From: Amoebidium appalachense
Taxonomy: Eukaryota > Protista > Ichthyosporea
Direction of reading: 5' to 3'
DNA length: 64,000 bases
Assembly (NCBI GenBank): GCA_963693365.1
Contig: CAVNZM010000006.1
Location: 5,993,264 to 6,057,263 of the forward strand
Shown: positions 1-13,849 of the stretch, in pieces
How the letters are laid out: each line of letters begins with the position of its first letter
Numbering within the stretch: position 1 is the stretch's first letter
Notes under the pieces: model-generated
What the model was told of the DNA's origin: nothing
Seen by the model: only the letters and a program-made list of their open reading frames with translations
Databases searched by the model: none
Translations under genes and position numbers: made by a program

Positions 1-134
1 AAAGAACTCAGTGAAAAAAGGTGGGACAGCTGTTTGGGAGTCGACCTTCACAAAGGACTTTTGGACTGTCGGAATCCCAGATCGCTCGCCGCCGACGTCG
101 CGATCGGCGGATCGTGCACCTTATATATGGCTAA

Positions 135-810
<676 letters not shown>

Positions 811-1743
811 CCACAACCCCACCCTTCTCTTACTCAACGCACTCTCTTTCTCGCGTGAGTACCTTGCTCGGCGCTCTCAAGTCTCCGAGAGATCTTGAAC
901 CAGATTTCATGAACTGAGGGATCTAAGTTCGACGAATCTAATTGTGCTATTTCGTACCAAATATGTATTACTCGATTTCGAAAATCCAATCAAATCGCGC
1001 TAGTAACATTCTTATCTGGTGCCCAAAACGACGCGTTTGCCTCTGCATGATGTTTCAGTCTTCACACTTCAGTGGAGCACAGTTAGGGGGAGGAGGAGGA
1101 GGAGGAGGAGGAGGAGGAGGAGGAGGAGGGGGGGGGGGGGGGGAGGAGAATTTAGTAGTGAATGATATTGTATATAAAATAGTCCAAATTTACTATTGCA
1201 ACCAGCCGTATCCTCAAGAAGATGCAGAGCTTCTGCTAGGGCTGTACATATATAGAAAAAAACGCAAACTCCCCCAGCAGCTAATAGATGGGTAGTTACG
1301 GCGAGGACGGTGACAGCTTAGGATGAGCAGGAAAAAAATTGTCAACAGAACGGTATTATAGCCTAGCACGCTGAGTCTATTTGATAGTGCTGTTTGTTGT
1401 CTCATAGTGAACTAAAAAAATCGCTATGTCATTGGTCCTTTTGGTGGCTTTTGTGCGACATGCTCCCAAAATTTCTATCTAGTATCATCCTTGTGTCAAG
1501 TTTCTGCAAGGTCATGTGACGACTGTCACACCTTTCGGCTACAAAAGCCTGCTTAATCTCTCTCTCTATCACCAGTCTCACAAAGCAAACCAAGTGTACA
1601 CATCTGCACAGTGCGCGCTATAGCTACAACTGAGTAGTTTGGAGTTCAAGCTTGCACACAACAACTTCACCACCCTTCTTCGATACTATCAATTTCTCAT
1701 TTCCCCTTTCACTCAGTTTCAAGGTTATCTTTCACAAACCAAC

Positions 1744-3108
1744 ATGAAGCCCAGCAGTCTTCGTCTCCTGGCCGTGCTCGGGGCTGCTTCCTGCCTGCCC
1801 TCTGCCCTGGGTGCTGCCTCCCCAACCACCGCCGCAGCAGCGCCATCGGCCCAGCCGGCCGGCTCAGAGCCAGCCACGTGGGACCCCAAAGTGCTGACGC
1901 TGCGCACAGGCACAGACACGGTCACGGAAAAGGGCGGAGACAAGAAAGAGGACCTCAAGGACGGCAAGAAGGATGACAAGAAGGAGGATTACGGCAAGAA
2001 GGAGGATAGGAAGGAGGATTACAAGAAGGAGGGTGACAAGAACGAGGAGTACGGCCAGAACTGCCGTTGCGACGACTATGACGAAGGCTACGGTCAGTAC
2101 GACGATTCGTCCGACTCGTACGGGCAGGAGTATCACCACGGGTACGGCATGGGCCGGCAGCAGTACGACGATGGGGCCTACTACGGCAGCAGCGGGCACT
2201 ACGGCCACTCCTACGGCCGCCAGAACAACTATGACGATTCGTACGGCCAGGGCATGGGCAAAGACCACTACGGCCAGCAGTACGGCCAGGCCTACGAGGG
2301 GGACTACTACGGCCGCAACATGTACGGGCAGGCCCGCTACGGCAAGGATATGTACGAGGACAACCGCTACGGTAAGGAGGTTAATAAGGATCATGGCAAG
2401 AACAAGTACGACGACGGCAAGAAGAAGTACGACGACGGCAAGAACAAGTACCAGGACCGCTACGGCAAGGACTACGGGCAGGAATCGTACGGCAAAGTGC
2501 AGAAGAAGGAGCACAACACCCAGTACGGCAAGAACAAGTACGAGGATAACAAGTACGAGGACAACATGTACATGAACAAGTATGATGACAACAAGCACAA
2601 CAAGGACATGTACGACGACCGGTACGGCAAGAACAAGTACGAGGACAACAAGAACAATTACGAGGATAACAAGAACAAATACGAGGACAGGTACGGCAAA
2701 GGCACCAACGACTACGGCAAGAAGGAGGAGAACGACAACCGGTACGGCAAGAACAAGTACGAGGACAACAAGAACAATTACGAAAATAACAAGAACAAGT
2801 ACGAGGACAGGTACGGCAAAGGCACCAACGACTACAGCAAGAAGGATGAGAACGACGACCGGTACGGCAAGAACAAGTACGAGGACAACAAGAACAATTA
2901 CGAGGATAACAAGAACAAGTACGAGGACAGGTACGGCAAAGGCACCAATGACTACGGCAAGAAGGAGGAGAACAAGTACGAGGACGGCAAGAACAAGTAC
3001 GAGGACGGCAAGAACAAGTACGAGGACGGCAAGAACAAGTACGAGGACGGCCACCGCCAGCGCCGTGACTACACCTGGGGCAATGAGCATGCCTACCGCT
3101 TCTATTAA
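1744..3108 (+). CDS. Secreted low-complexity Tyr/Gly/Lys/Asn/Asp-rich tandem-repeat protein (454 aa, single exon)
   Basis: ATG 1744 (aacATG) to TAA 3108. Hydrophobic signal peptide MKPSSLRLLAVLGAASCLPSALGA, strong C/G third-position codon bias, no microsatellites. Three 40-aa repeats, then NKYEDGK repeats. C-terminus RQRR|DYTWGNEHAYRFY. Confidence 0.9.
   Translation: MKPSSLRLLAVLGAASCLPSALGAASPTTAAAAPSAQPAGSEPATWDPKVLTLRTGTDTVTEKGGDKKEDLKDGKKDDKKEDYGKKEDRKEDYKKEGDKNEEYGQNCRCDDYDEGYGQYDDSSDSYGQEYHHGYGMGRQQYDDGAYYGSSGHYGHSYGRQNNYDDSYGQGMGKDHYGQQYGQAYEGDYYGRNMYGQARYGKDMYEDNRYGKEVNKDHGKNKYDDGKKKYDDGKNKYQDRYGKDYGQESYGKVQKKEHNTQYGKNKYEDNKYEDNMYMNKYDDNKHNKDMYDDRYGKNKYEDNKNNYEDNKNKYEDRYGKGTNDYGKKEENDNRYGKNKYEDNKNNYENNKNKYEDRYGKGTNDYSKKDENDDRYGKNKYEDNKNNYEDNKNKYEDRYGKGTNDYGKKEENKYEDGKNKYEDGKNKYEDGKNKYEDGHRQRRDYTWGNEHAYRFY
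2612..3050 (+). repeat. Coding tandem repeats: 3 x 120 bp followed by ~4 x 21 bp
   Basis: Positions 2641, 2761 and 2881 begin with the same sequence (gaggacaacaagaacaattacga). The unit aacaagtacgaggacggcaag repeats over 2971-3050. Confidence 0.9.
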
Positions 3109-3234
3109 ATGCCAGCGCCCAATCAGGTGCCGGGATTAAAACGTAGCTAGCTACTACTGTAGTGTTAGTGTGTCCCTTCCGTTTGCCCTGCGATACTATT
3201 GCATTCGGTTTAGTCATACTAATATATATTGGTA

Positions 3235-3375
3235 GCCATGTGTATACTATTTGTATTAGAAGCTCCAGCCCAGCATGTGTGCCTTGATGGCCCTGGCCTG
3301 TTGAGCCATGTGTATACTATTTGTATTAGAAGCTCCAGCCTAGCATGTGCGCCTTGATGGCCCTGGCCTGTTGAG
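3235..3375. repeat. ~70-bp direct tandem duplication in the 3' flank of the repeat-protein gene
   Basis: agccatgtgtatactatttgtattagaagctccagcc...ttgatggccctggcctgttgag occurs twice with 2 mismatches. Confidence 0.9.
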
Positions 3376-3428
3376 TAAAAAACGTCACAATTGAACCAGA
3401 CCCTCTCGATGGCACATAATAACCCCCC

Positions 3429-3459
<31 letters not shown>

Positions 3460-3615
3460 AAAAAAAAAAAAAAAAAAGAAAAAGAAAAAGAAAAAGAAAA
3501 AAAAAGAAACCTTCATCCCCTTGTTTTCCTACGGTACTAGTAGTGTGCAGACATGCACATTCAAAACTTTGCACACACGCGCATATCCAGATATGCCACC
3601 ACCTCACCCGTATCT

Positions 3616-3671
<56 letters not shown>

Positions 3672-4717
3672 ACCCCACCCTCCACCCCCTTACCCATACA
3701 CATGCACACCAAAAAGAAGACTGCCCAGGCACACATGGTCACCTACTACATACGACAGGCACACACAAAACTCTCCGACACATACTACATGCACATTAAA
3801 CACCCACGCACGGACACACCCACACACATGCACACGCGCACGCGCACATTTATGCAGGCACAAGCACACGCACTTCGACTCACACACACACGCACACTCA
3901 CACGCACGCGCACACGCACGCACACGCGCACACACACAGGCACACGCATGCACATGCACACGCACACACAGGCACACGCACGCACATGCACTCGCACACA
4001 CAGGCACACACACAGTGTCACACATACACACACAAGCACATAAATCATTGCGATGACACCAGCCAACACGTGCCAACACAGACAGCCTGGCGCGCACACG
4101 CACATCCGTGCACATCGAACTGGATATATGCACGTGCACGTGTATGCACAGTACACACACAACTATATATCTCGCACCAGCTGCATGCACATTGGGCAAA
4201 TCGTTTACTCACGGTGATCGTGCCCTGTAGACGGATGCACGTTTTATCTAAATCTGCACCGTGACGTGCAGGGGATAAGGACAAGGAGGAGGTGGTGTGC
4301 GTGGGTAGTTTTGTTTGGTGGTGGTGGTGGGGGGGGGGGGGGGGGGGGGATTGGTGGGTGGATATGGAGGGACTGGGGGGTTGGGGAGGGGGGAGGAGAG
4401 GCAGGGGGCTCGGGAAGGGGAGGCAGGGAGGAAACCTGTTGGTGGGCTTAGTAGACCGCATGGGTGAAAAACTTTCCAGGGTTGCTAGGGAACTTCTTTG
4501 GCAGCATTAAATATGCAGGAAATGGCTTCAAGCTGTTGGGGAGGGGGGGTGGGGGGGGGGGGTCTAATTTGAATTTGTAAATCGGGACACTCCTTGTGTT
4601 CAGGGGTTTTAAAGACAATAAAAGGGAGGGGGAGAGTAGAGAATGTGGTTCACAGTACCAATCACAAAACCTGTGACGGGTTAGGCAATGTGGGTTTACA
4701 CAAAGGACACCAAAACA

Positions 4718-4762
<45 letters not shown>

Positions 4763-5676
4763 TGTGTGTTTTCATTTTTTATTTTTTTTTGGAGGGGGGG
4801 GGGGGGGGGGGGGGGAGGGGGAGGGAGGCCACCTACTAGCAAAGAAACATTTACATGCATCTAAGCCAGAGTACCTGCCTCCGGTTTACTTACTTTTCTT
4901 TTCCAGTAGCTGGCCTACAGAGATATTCTTGGTAATAGTATTGAGTGTTTTCCGATATTCATGCTTCGCCTTACATTGTGTGTATTTGCATATATACGCA
5001 TATCTATGCATCTGCACATGGGTAATCCGATAGATGTACGTGGCGGGAGATCCGAATTGTGTGCATGAATTAGAAACGAGGTTTTCTATTGAAAGGTTAA
5101 AAGTCTGCATGATATACGGGGTTAACAAGCACAATACTTAAGGTTTATCTAGACGTGCTAAAAGTTTGTGGCTATTTCTTGTGGGACAGCACACAGTGTT
5201 TCTATGTGACTAATTAGTATATCTCATATACGTAGATAGTCATGGTTGGTGGGTGCTGCAATGTCTTTCCCCAAAACCCAAAACTGTAAGTATTTCATAC
5301 TTCTCTTTATAGACCTCAAATCTAGATAAAACAGTGGCCATTAAACTAACGACCATTTAGGTATGTCCGAGCCCTCCCCCCCCCCCCCCCCCCTCCCCAT
5401 CTAGTCATAGGATCTCTATACACTTCTAAACTGCCTAACTTGAACTTCCAGATTGGAAAGTTTCATAACTCTGGTTGTTTGGATGAATTCTGGTATCGAT
5501 AAACATTCGAATATTGGGTGTTTGTCTCATTACGTACTATGGATCTAGTCTAATGGCATGTATGGGAGCTCTGGCCTTAGAGCGTATGCCTTATTATGTG
5601 ATAGATTCCGGGACCTCCTTACTACTTGAGTTGACCTGTACACATCTTCTTTAAAGAACATATTGTTTTTTGCTAT

Positions 5677-6308
5677 TTAGGCAACAAATTGAATATCTCC
5701 TTTGCGATTTGGGTAGAACCTGTCGCAGTTTTCTTTAAACAGTCTCTCGAGGCCGGCGAGGTACTCAGAGTGCACCCGATCAATCTTTTCCTGACTGGGA
5801 TCGGCATTCTGAACACAGTCGATGGGCGATCCAACTGTGCGTGCGTGTGTGTGTGTGTGTGTGTGTGAGTGGGTGCGCGTGCGCGTGTGCATGTGAGTGA
5901 GAGAAGGAGTGCCTGGGGTCAGTGGATGTGTGCAGGTGTCCACACGCAATATGGACATGTACATGTGGGTGTGTGTTTGTGCACGTGTGTGTAATTTTGC
6001 TTTTTGCATGCGAGTGAACAGATAAAAGCAGGTGTGTGTGTGTGTGTGTGTGTGTGTCCACTCACAGCGTTTGTGAGCGTGTGCGCGAGCGTGCGATCTA
6101 TAGATATGAGTATGTTGTGATCCTCTTTTGGGTGGGTGGGTGGGGGGAGGGGGGGGGGGGGAAATGGGGGAAGGGGAGGGGGTGGAGAGGGGTGAAAGGA
6201 ATTGGAAAGGAGGTAGCAAGAGGAACAGCAGGTCTTTGTTAGTGAGTACGGGAAAATGTGGATATTTGCTGAGTGTGTGGAGTGTTTCTTCGTTCACGAG
6301 AAGGAGGA

Positions 6309-6340
<32 letters not shown>

Positions 6341-6763
6341 ATGAGGGGGTATTAAACACGGAGGAAGGTGATACGGGCACCCCAAAGTTCTGTGTTCTCT
6401 TTTCAAAAGAAAGGGGGGGGGGGGGGTTTGAAAGGGAGCGGTGGTGGGGGAGTGGGTGGGTATGGGAGGAGGGGGGTTTTGGGCCGGGGCCCGGGGGGGG
6501 GGGGGGGGAGGGAGGGGGGAGTAAACAAAAGAGAAATCAAACCAAAAAATCAACCAACGGGGGCAAGGGCAAGATGCGCACTTACCAACGATGTGGATAG
6601 GACGGCGCATGGGCAGAATTCCGAATTTGTAGTTAAAAACCCCCCTGCCGAAGATCATGGGGGCCGTCCACCCAAACTTCTTCATCATATTGCTCTGTGG
6701 ATCGGTGGTGGGTCAGGGCTTAGAATGTGGTTGCTTATTGTGTGTGTGTGTGTGTGTGACGGT

Positions 6764-6802
<39 letters not shown>

Positions 6803-7652
6803 CGGCTTGCTAGCTCTGTGTTGTATTTTCGTTTGTCTTTGTATGGTTGAAAGTGGATTTTCGAAACCACTTGACCCTGTCCCCCATTATACGTCCCGAA
6901 GCCATAAGCACGGCTCGAAAGAGACTTTTTGCCAATTGCACAAAACATCATCCGGCCAAAAGACGATAGCGTACCTAACGCGACATGTGCAAAAATACCA
7001 GAAGTTCACACCCACTACCAAAGCATAAGCCCCCCCCCTCCCCCCCGCGCCCACTCCAATTATTCGCTCCCTTCCATTTTCCTTGCTTTGGACCAACATC
7101 TCAATCCCAAACACCTTTTCCCCATCTCCCTTGAACAATATGCCTCCCCCTTCCCCTCCCCACAAACACACACTTCACACACACGCACAATTCAGATTCA
7201 CACACAACCTTTCCCTAACCTACAGGAAGGGATGCACATAGACACAACACGGTCTCAGGGTTAGAAAAAAGGCCAACCAGATAAACTCCTTATCACGTTA
7301 CCTGCAGCCTACGTAGCCACGAGCCGTCGGGGTTAGGAATTTGATTCCAGAGGTTGTTTTCACCAAACGCGAAAACAGGAACAAGAGATGCCCTGTAGAG
7401 AGAAAAAAGAACACGATTCAGTGTTTTTGAATAGAAATCCCCAGGTTAGTCTACAGATATGGGTCGTGCGTTCACTCACTCCATTAGGCATTGTTATTCT
7501 GTTACTATATAGACCCCGCCCGTATATACGGTATAGCCTCAAAGTGTAGTGACGTTATATCAGGCTGATATTCAGAAGGTGGTTGGGGCAAAGTCACGTG
7601 TGTAGGCTGACGGGATGACTATTGGGTTCTTAACCTTTTTACGAAAGTGGAA

Positions 7653-7716
<64 letters not shown>

Positions 7717-8651
7717 CGGTGGGAGAGGGGAGCGAGGAAGATTACCGATGGGTTTGTGTGTGTTAAAAACGGGAGGTGTAACGAGAAGGAGGGGGTGAAC
7801 TGAAGGGGGGTTGCGTTAGTGGAGGTCGTTGTGCGAGGGGAGGTGTGTGTGTGTGTTTGTGTGTGTGTGTGCTTGTTTGGTGGTGGGCGGGGGGTGGGGA
7901 GACATACCCATGCTTGATTGCAAGCCTGACAAAGCCCTTTCTCCTCTTGAGGGTGAGATTGCTAGTGCCTGGGTGGGCATCCAAAGACTCGGCAGCTCCC
8001 CCAACAATAATCACGGCAGAGTTACCTGACGGGGAGGGGAGGGTTGGGGGGGGGGGGGGGGGGGGAGGGGGGGGGGAAGAGGAAAGAGAGAGCGAGAGAG
8101 AGAGAGAGAGAGAGAGAGCCGGTAAAGGGGAGGGAAGGGGATGGAAAGCGGGAAATCGGGGGACGGGGGAGGGGAGAAAAGGGATTTTTAGCTGAGAGTA
8201 GCTTTAGTGAAAATAACAAAGACAAAACGAAAGAGCCCAAAATCCTTGCGAAGGGGGGAGAAGTGAGAGAGAGAGAGGGGGGGGGTGGGCAGGGGGGTGG
8301 GAGGGAGACTCCTTAACAACTCCTTAACCTTAACAGAGCCGGTTCTCTTGATGTACTTTTCTCGCTTTCTCCCTATTTCCACTTCCTAGACATGAATGTG
8401 CAAGGGGAATGCATGTGTGTGGTTGTGTGGTTGTGTATGTGTGTGTGTGGTTGTGTTTGTTTTTGGGTGTGTTTTGGGGGGGGGGGGGGGGGGGGGGGGG
8501 AGGAGGCTCAAAATAACCGCACGAAAGAAGTTGACATAAACCTTAGGTGTACATTGCTGCGTACTATCAACCCATCAGTTTTTCACAGTTACCATATATC
8601 TCTAATCCGATGGAAACAGTTTTTATCTAAACCATCAAAGAAAAAAAAAAG

Positions 8652-8682
<31 letters not shown>

Positions 8683-8859
8683 TGGTTGCATACCCTTTTT
8701 CTTTGATGCTAGTGTGTTGTTAATGCTTGTACGCCCCACGTCAACGAATCCGAGGGAGATCAGCACCTCGCGATAGAAGGGAATCTTGAAGTTGACGGAG
8801 AGGGTGGCGGGGCTGATGGTAAGCCCTGTGTGTGTGTGTGTGTGTATGTGTGTGTGTGT

Positions 8860-8895
<36 letters not shown>

Positions 8896-9016
8896 GGGGA
8901 AGGGTAAGCCCTGTGTGTCTGTCTGTCTGTGTGTGTGTGTGTGTCTGCGCGAGCGCAGGTGGGTGAGTGGATTGGGGAGGGGGTTGTAACGACCATCCCC
9001 ATCTCCCCCTCCTCCC

Positions 9017-9057
<41 letters not shown>

Positions 9058-9144
9058 AAAAAAAAAAAAAACGGGACCGGGAAGGAATCTGACATAATCT
9101 CACAACAACAGCTAAGGCATCACAGATCTCTCTCTCTCTCTCTC

Positions 9145-9185
<41 letters not shown>

Positions 9186-9573
9186 AACCCCCCCCCCCCC
9201 CCCCCTAGGGAGCATAATGGTTCTACCTGGAAATAGGCGCTCGACCCCGCAATATTCGCTCCCAAATGCACCCACGGCCCCAACCGCAATGATGCCGTGT
9301 GGGTGGTACTCAAACAGGTAGTTTTTCTGTGTGAGGGATAAGGTGTGAGTGCAAGAAGTTGATATCTCATGTTTTCCTTCTTAGTTGCAGAAGAATGTCT
9401 CGCACTTTGTCAGTCAGTCTCCCCCCCCCCCCCCCCCCCCCTCCCCCCAATATTCCCTTACATCATCCTGCATCCCCCGTTCAAAGCACTTGTGTGATCC
9501 CCCTCCCCCTCCCCCCCCCCCAAACAAAAAAAAAACAAAACCAACACACACCCACACACACACCCACACAGTC

Positions 9574-9616
<43 letters not shown>

Positions 9617-10547
9617 AAAAAAAAAAAAAAAAACGAATAGAAGGAAGAAAGAGAGAAGCCGTCCTTTAGTGACCTGATAATCTCCCTACATTCTGGCTCC
9701 GTCTCACCTATGATTACCACCCACTTCCCCCCAACTACACCCCAGGGGTTCCATGCGATTCCCCCTTCTTCCTCCCCCCCCCCCCCCCCCCCACCTCCAC
9801 TCCCCCCCACACGACCATCACCACCAGAACATTTTTGATCATTCCAGCACCTACATTTTCTCAAACAACATGCACTGAAACCATTAACTGTAACAGAAAT
9901 CCTTGAATGGAAGAATACGTTCTTAGATGGCAGTAAAAGTATTTTAGGGTAACTTACGTTAGCATCCAAATCGGTAGTCTTGTGGAGGCTAATCGGAAAA
10001 TATTCGCAGAACCATCGCATGATCGGAAATCTCCGGGCAGAAGCCGATCGCCGGCCAACCCCGTTTTTGGGCGTCATATAGTCCACAAAGAAGATCCAGT
10101 ATACATATGATAGGTAGAGTGGCTGTGTGTGGAGGTGGGTTGTGTGGTGTTGTGGTTTTGGATTGGGTGAGAATCATGCAGGGGGGAGAAGTATGTGGGG
10201 GGTCGTGGTGGTGGTGGTGGTGGTGGTGGTGGTTGGGGGGAGGAGGGGGGGGGGGCTTAGGGAAATGTTTGAGGTGGAGCACGGAGAGAAAGCAGAGTGG
10301 GGGGTCCTACTAGCACGGGAGAGAGATTCAAAATGAAACCAGCAGGTCGACGGGTGGAAAAGGAAAGACGATGGATGAATCAACAAACACATACACACAT
10401 GTGTGTGTGTGAGTGTGAGTGTGTGTGAGTGTGAGTGTGTGTGTGTGTGTGCGCGCGCGCACAAGGCAGTGTGGGGGTGGGGTAGCGGCGGTGGTGGTGG
10501 TGGTGGTGGTAGTGGGGGGGGAGGGGGGGGGGGGGGGGGGGGGGGGG

Positions 10548-10582
<35 letters not shown>

Positions 10583-11214
10583 GGAGGAAAAGCGCCTGGT
10601 TGAAGCCTGAACCGAAGCACACTATGATATGACAACCCCGGATTGCTCACTTGCATGGCACAAAGATTCTCAGAAAGTTATTCGCTCTATTTTTTAGACC
10701 CATTAGTCAGGGTGTGGGGCGGAGTGAGGGGCAAATGTGTTCCTCATCACAGAAACACAAAGGAAAAAACGTGTATAAAAATGACGAAGCCCTGATCAGT
10801 GGGGGGGAAAAAAGCAAAAATAAAAACCAATGAACTTGCTGCAAAGCCTTAGAGAAGTGTACATACATACAAGGATAACCTATTCAGCAGAAAGGAGGGC
10901 GGGTGCCGGGGGGGGGGGGGGGGGGGGGGGAGAAGGGCAGGTTAGAGTGCGTAAAATGCCTAAGAATGTGCATGGTACACATTCACGACAGACAACATAT
11001 TATTAAACACATCTTGCAAAGCACACACAATCATACAGGGGGAATGGGGTAAGGGTAACATTGAACATACCCAAGTGATGGGGGTGAAGATCAGGAAGAG
11101 GTTAAGGGCGATGCATGCCACCTGTAGGGCCACAAAGAACACAATCGCAGCCATCTGTTTGCGCCGGTAGAGGGGTGTGTCCAGAGGCGCCATCCAATCG
11201 GGAAGGGGCAGCAC
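5677..11214 (-). CDS. DGAT2: Diacylglycerol/monoacylglycerol O-acyltransferase (DAGAT family, DGAT2/MOGAT-like), 8 exons; exact N-terminus uncertain
   Basis: GT-AG exons in transcript order: 11214-11071, 10122-9958, 9326-9227, 8825-8694, 8025-7908, 7392-7302, 6694-6586, 5834-5677; all phases consistent. Motifs: [12 protein letters not shown] plus [70 protein letters not shown]. Possible start Met at 11193. Confidence 0.93.
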
Positions 11215-13816
11215 CTACAACAATAAAGCAGGTAAATTAATTTTATTTGTCAATTTTTGTGCTTTGAGTATCCATTTTTGTTGATACTCTAGTATTAGCA
11301 TACACATAAAAAAACTGATCAATAGTCTAGTTTTTAATATACTCGTTTCCTTAACTTTTTTTTCTTAAAGGTCCTCTAGATCTTCCGTACCGATGCCTTT
11401 TTGGTGGGTAAAGGCCCTTAGAGCCTGCTTCACCCGTGCTGAGACTATAGTACATCCCCCCCCCCCCCCCCCCCCCCCCCTTTTTTTGGGGGGGGGGGGG
11501 GGGGGGGGGGGGGGGAGAAGGTGACCTCCAAACCTCTGGTAGCACAATTGTTACGTGTGGGGGAGGTGTCTAATCATCGGATATTGTATTGTTTAGTACA
11601 CATTTATTTACCCTAAGAAAAGGTTTAAGAAATTCAACAGCCATTACACGCCATATAATAACTAAGTTTTTGTGTTGGAATATTTCTGTTTTTCACTCCC
11701 ACAGTTCGGACGGAGACTATGCATGAACGAAGTCCGAGTGAAATAGCGTCAATTTGGACGGGTCTGTTTATATAGCCAGGGTAGGCGGACGTTGATTGGC
11801 TCAACATAAAACTCACTTGTTCCTAGAGCCACAATCCGTTAAAAATGCAAAAAGCTGTAAAGACTGGCTCAAGCATTGCATAAGATTTTATAAGTTTATT
11901 GTTTGGCACACAAAACACTTAAAACCTTTTTGATCATGATGTAGAAAGAAACAATGGTTTTGATTGGCTTCCGTCCCCCGCATTTCACAAAGGAGGGCGA
12001 ATAATTTAGAAAGGGGAACTAAAAGGCTGAGCATATAAACCCTTCGAAATAAGTTGCTGTTGAACAGAGCAAGTAATTTAATGTTCAGAAACTTTTAAAA
12101 AAAAGTATAGTGTACCATAAGGGCCGATGTTTTCTTGCTGTTTTTCTATCACGCATGCGCACACGCGATCATAGCAACTCCTTTTTTGCCTCATTTGTGT
12201 CAAGGCAAGCGTTATCAGAAGCCAATCACGTTTAGCCAAAAATAGCGGTAAGAATTCCAAAGGTGGCTCATGAGCTCAGTGGGCCTGGGCCGCCTGGCCG
12301 TGGCTAGGATCAGTGCCAAGTTGCCAACAAAAAACCAAAACCAAAAAAAAAAAAAAAAAAGAAGAAAGAAAGAAAAAAAAGAAAGGGAAGGGCAAAAACA
12401 AAAAAAAAGGAATGCTTGGCAATTGCAGTAAGTGTATGTACTGATATGGTTGTAATGTGTGTTCTTTCATAGAAAACTGGCCTGTGGACCGGAGGAAGCG
12501 ACCAATAAATTTGCATTGATAACCGTTCTCACAGGTACCGTGACACAAGCACTCTGCGGGCGAAGGCTTCAAGCACGACTCGATGATGATGAACCTGCCT
12601 GCACTACCCCATGTGCTATGGCTACCAACTTGATTGTTTTTGACGAGATTTAAAAAACTGCAATGAACCATGCCCTCATAAAATATGCAAAACCAAGTTA
12701 TATATGTAAGCTTCAACTGGTCATTTTTTAGACAGAGTTGTGGACGACATCAGTGGTTTATGATAATCAGTACCTTGAAGGGAACTGGGAAAGGCCCATG
12801 CACGTGTGCCAGGCAAATTTGCAATGATAGGATTGTAAATCAAGTTTTAATTTATACAGTATTGACATAGCATGCAAGAACTACCCATTTTGATCCCACC
12901 ATGCTGCCAATATATATAACATATAATTATTTGGATTTCAGTGGTAAACTTTGCCTGATACACTCAACTCCTGCGCCAAGAAGAATAAACCAACCTTGGG
13001 TTGTGCACCCGTGGCCATAAACTTACCCAGGCGCTCCTCGATGATCATGTGACACGTGTGCAAATAGACGTAAGCAAGTGTGTGCATATGCCCCGGCAGA
13101 TTTCGTGTAAAGCTTATGTGTCTGTGTGAACCTTGTGTGTTTACGTACACAATGTGCGTCCCTGTGTACACAGGTGTGCAAGTTTGTGCGAGGGGTTTGC
13201 TACGGCCGCTGGGTTGTGTCTGTTAGTGTGTCTTGCGTGGTTTCTCAATGCGTGTAAATTCTTCCAGGCTGGAATAGCATGCATAATGTGCGCACCGGGG
13301 TCATTCTCGTATATGCCTTTCTAAGAGTGTACAACAAATTTGCCCTCTCCTGAGGTGGTTTCAATGGAAGTTTTTTGTATTTTTCGTGCGCTTTCTAAAG
13401 TGAGAGGGAACCGTTTCGGAAGCCAAGCAGTAAGTGCACAAACGCGCACACATCTTTCGAGAGATCAACGTTAACCGTGGTACTCTGAAATGTTTTTGCA
13501 TGCAACTTGTCACAAAAGTCGAGAATGAAGGGGAAGAGTGGGGAGAAGGGGTGGGGGGAGGATACGGGGAGATGGAGGGCGAGTAGGGCGAGGAGCACAG
13601 GCTTCATATTCGAGGGGAGGGTAGATAGCAGACGGGAGGAGGGGGTGGAGTGTTGTGGGGGGTGGGGGCGGACGGGGGCACATGTACAGACTTCATATTC
13701 GAGGGAAGAAGAATACAAGCAAAATAACTTTTGAGAAAATAAAAGGTAAAGGCGGGGAAAGAAAGCTTACACGTCAAGTGAGACTGGTCCTGAGCCTTGT
13801 TTTGTTGTATTTTCTC

Positions 13817-13849
<33 letters not shown>

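Noticed and set aside
1639-1743. N-terminal extension of the 489-aa ORF
   Set aside because: Starts at TTG. The first ATG (1744) directly precedes a signal peptide, so this stretch is probably 5' UTR.
1864-3090. 408-aa antisense Val/Leu-rich ORF and Thr/Arg-rich alternative-frame ORFs
   Set aside because: Shadow ORFs caused by the codon bias and repeats of the real + strand gene.
11340-11900. Possible upstream DGAT2 exons (donor-like gtgagt at 11816; segment 11350-11446)
   Set aside because: No stop-free, phase-compatible coding join found. They may be 5' UTR exons and are not claimed.
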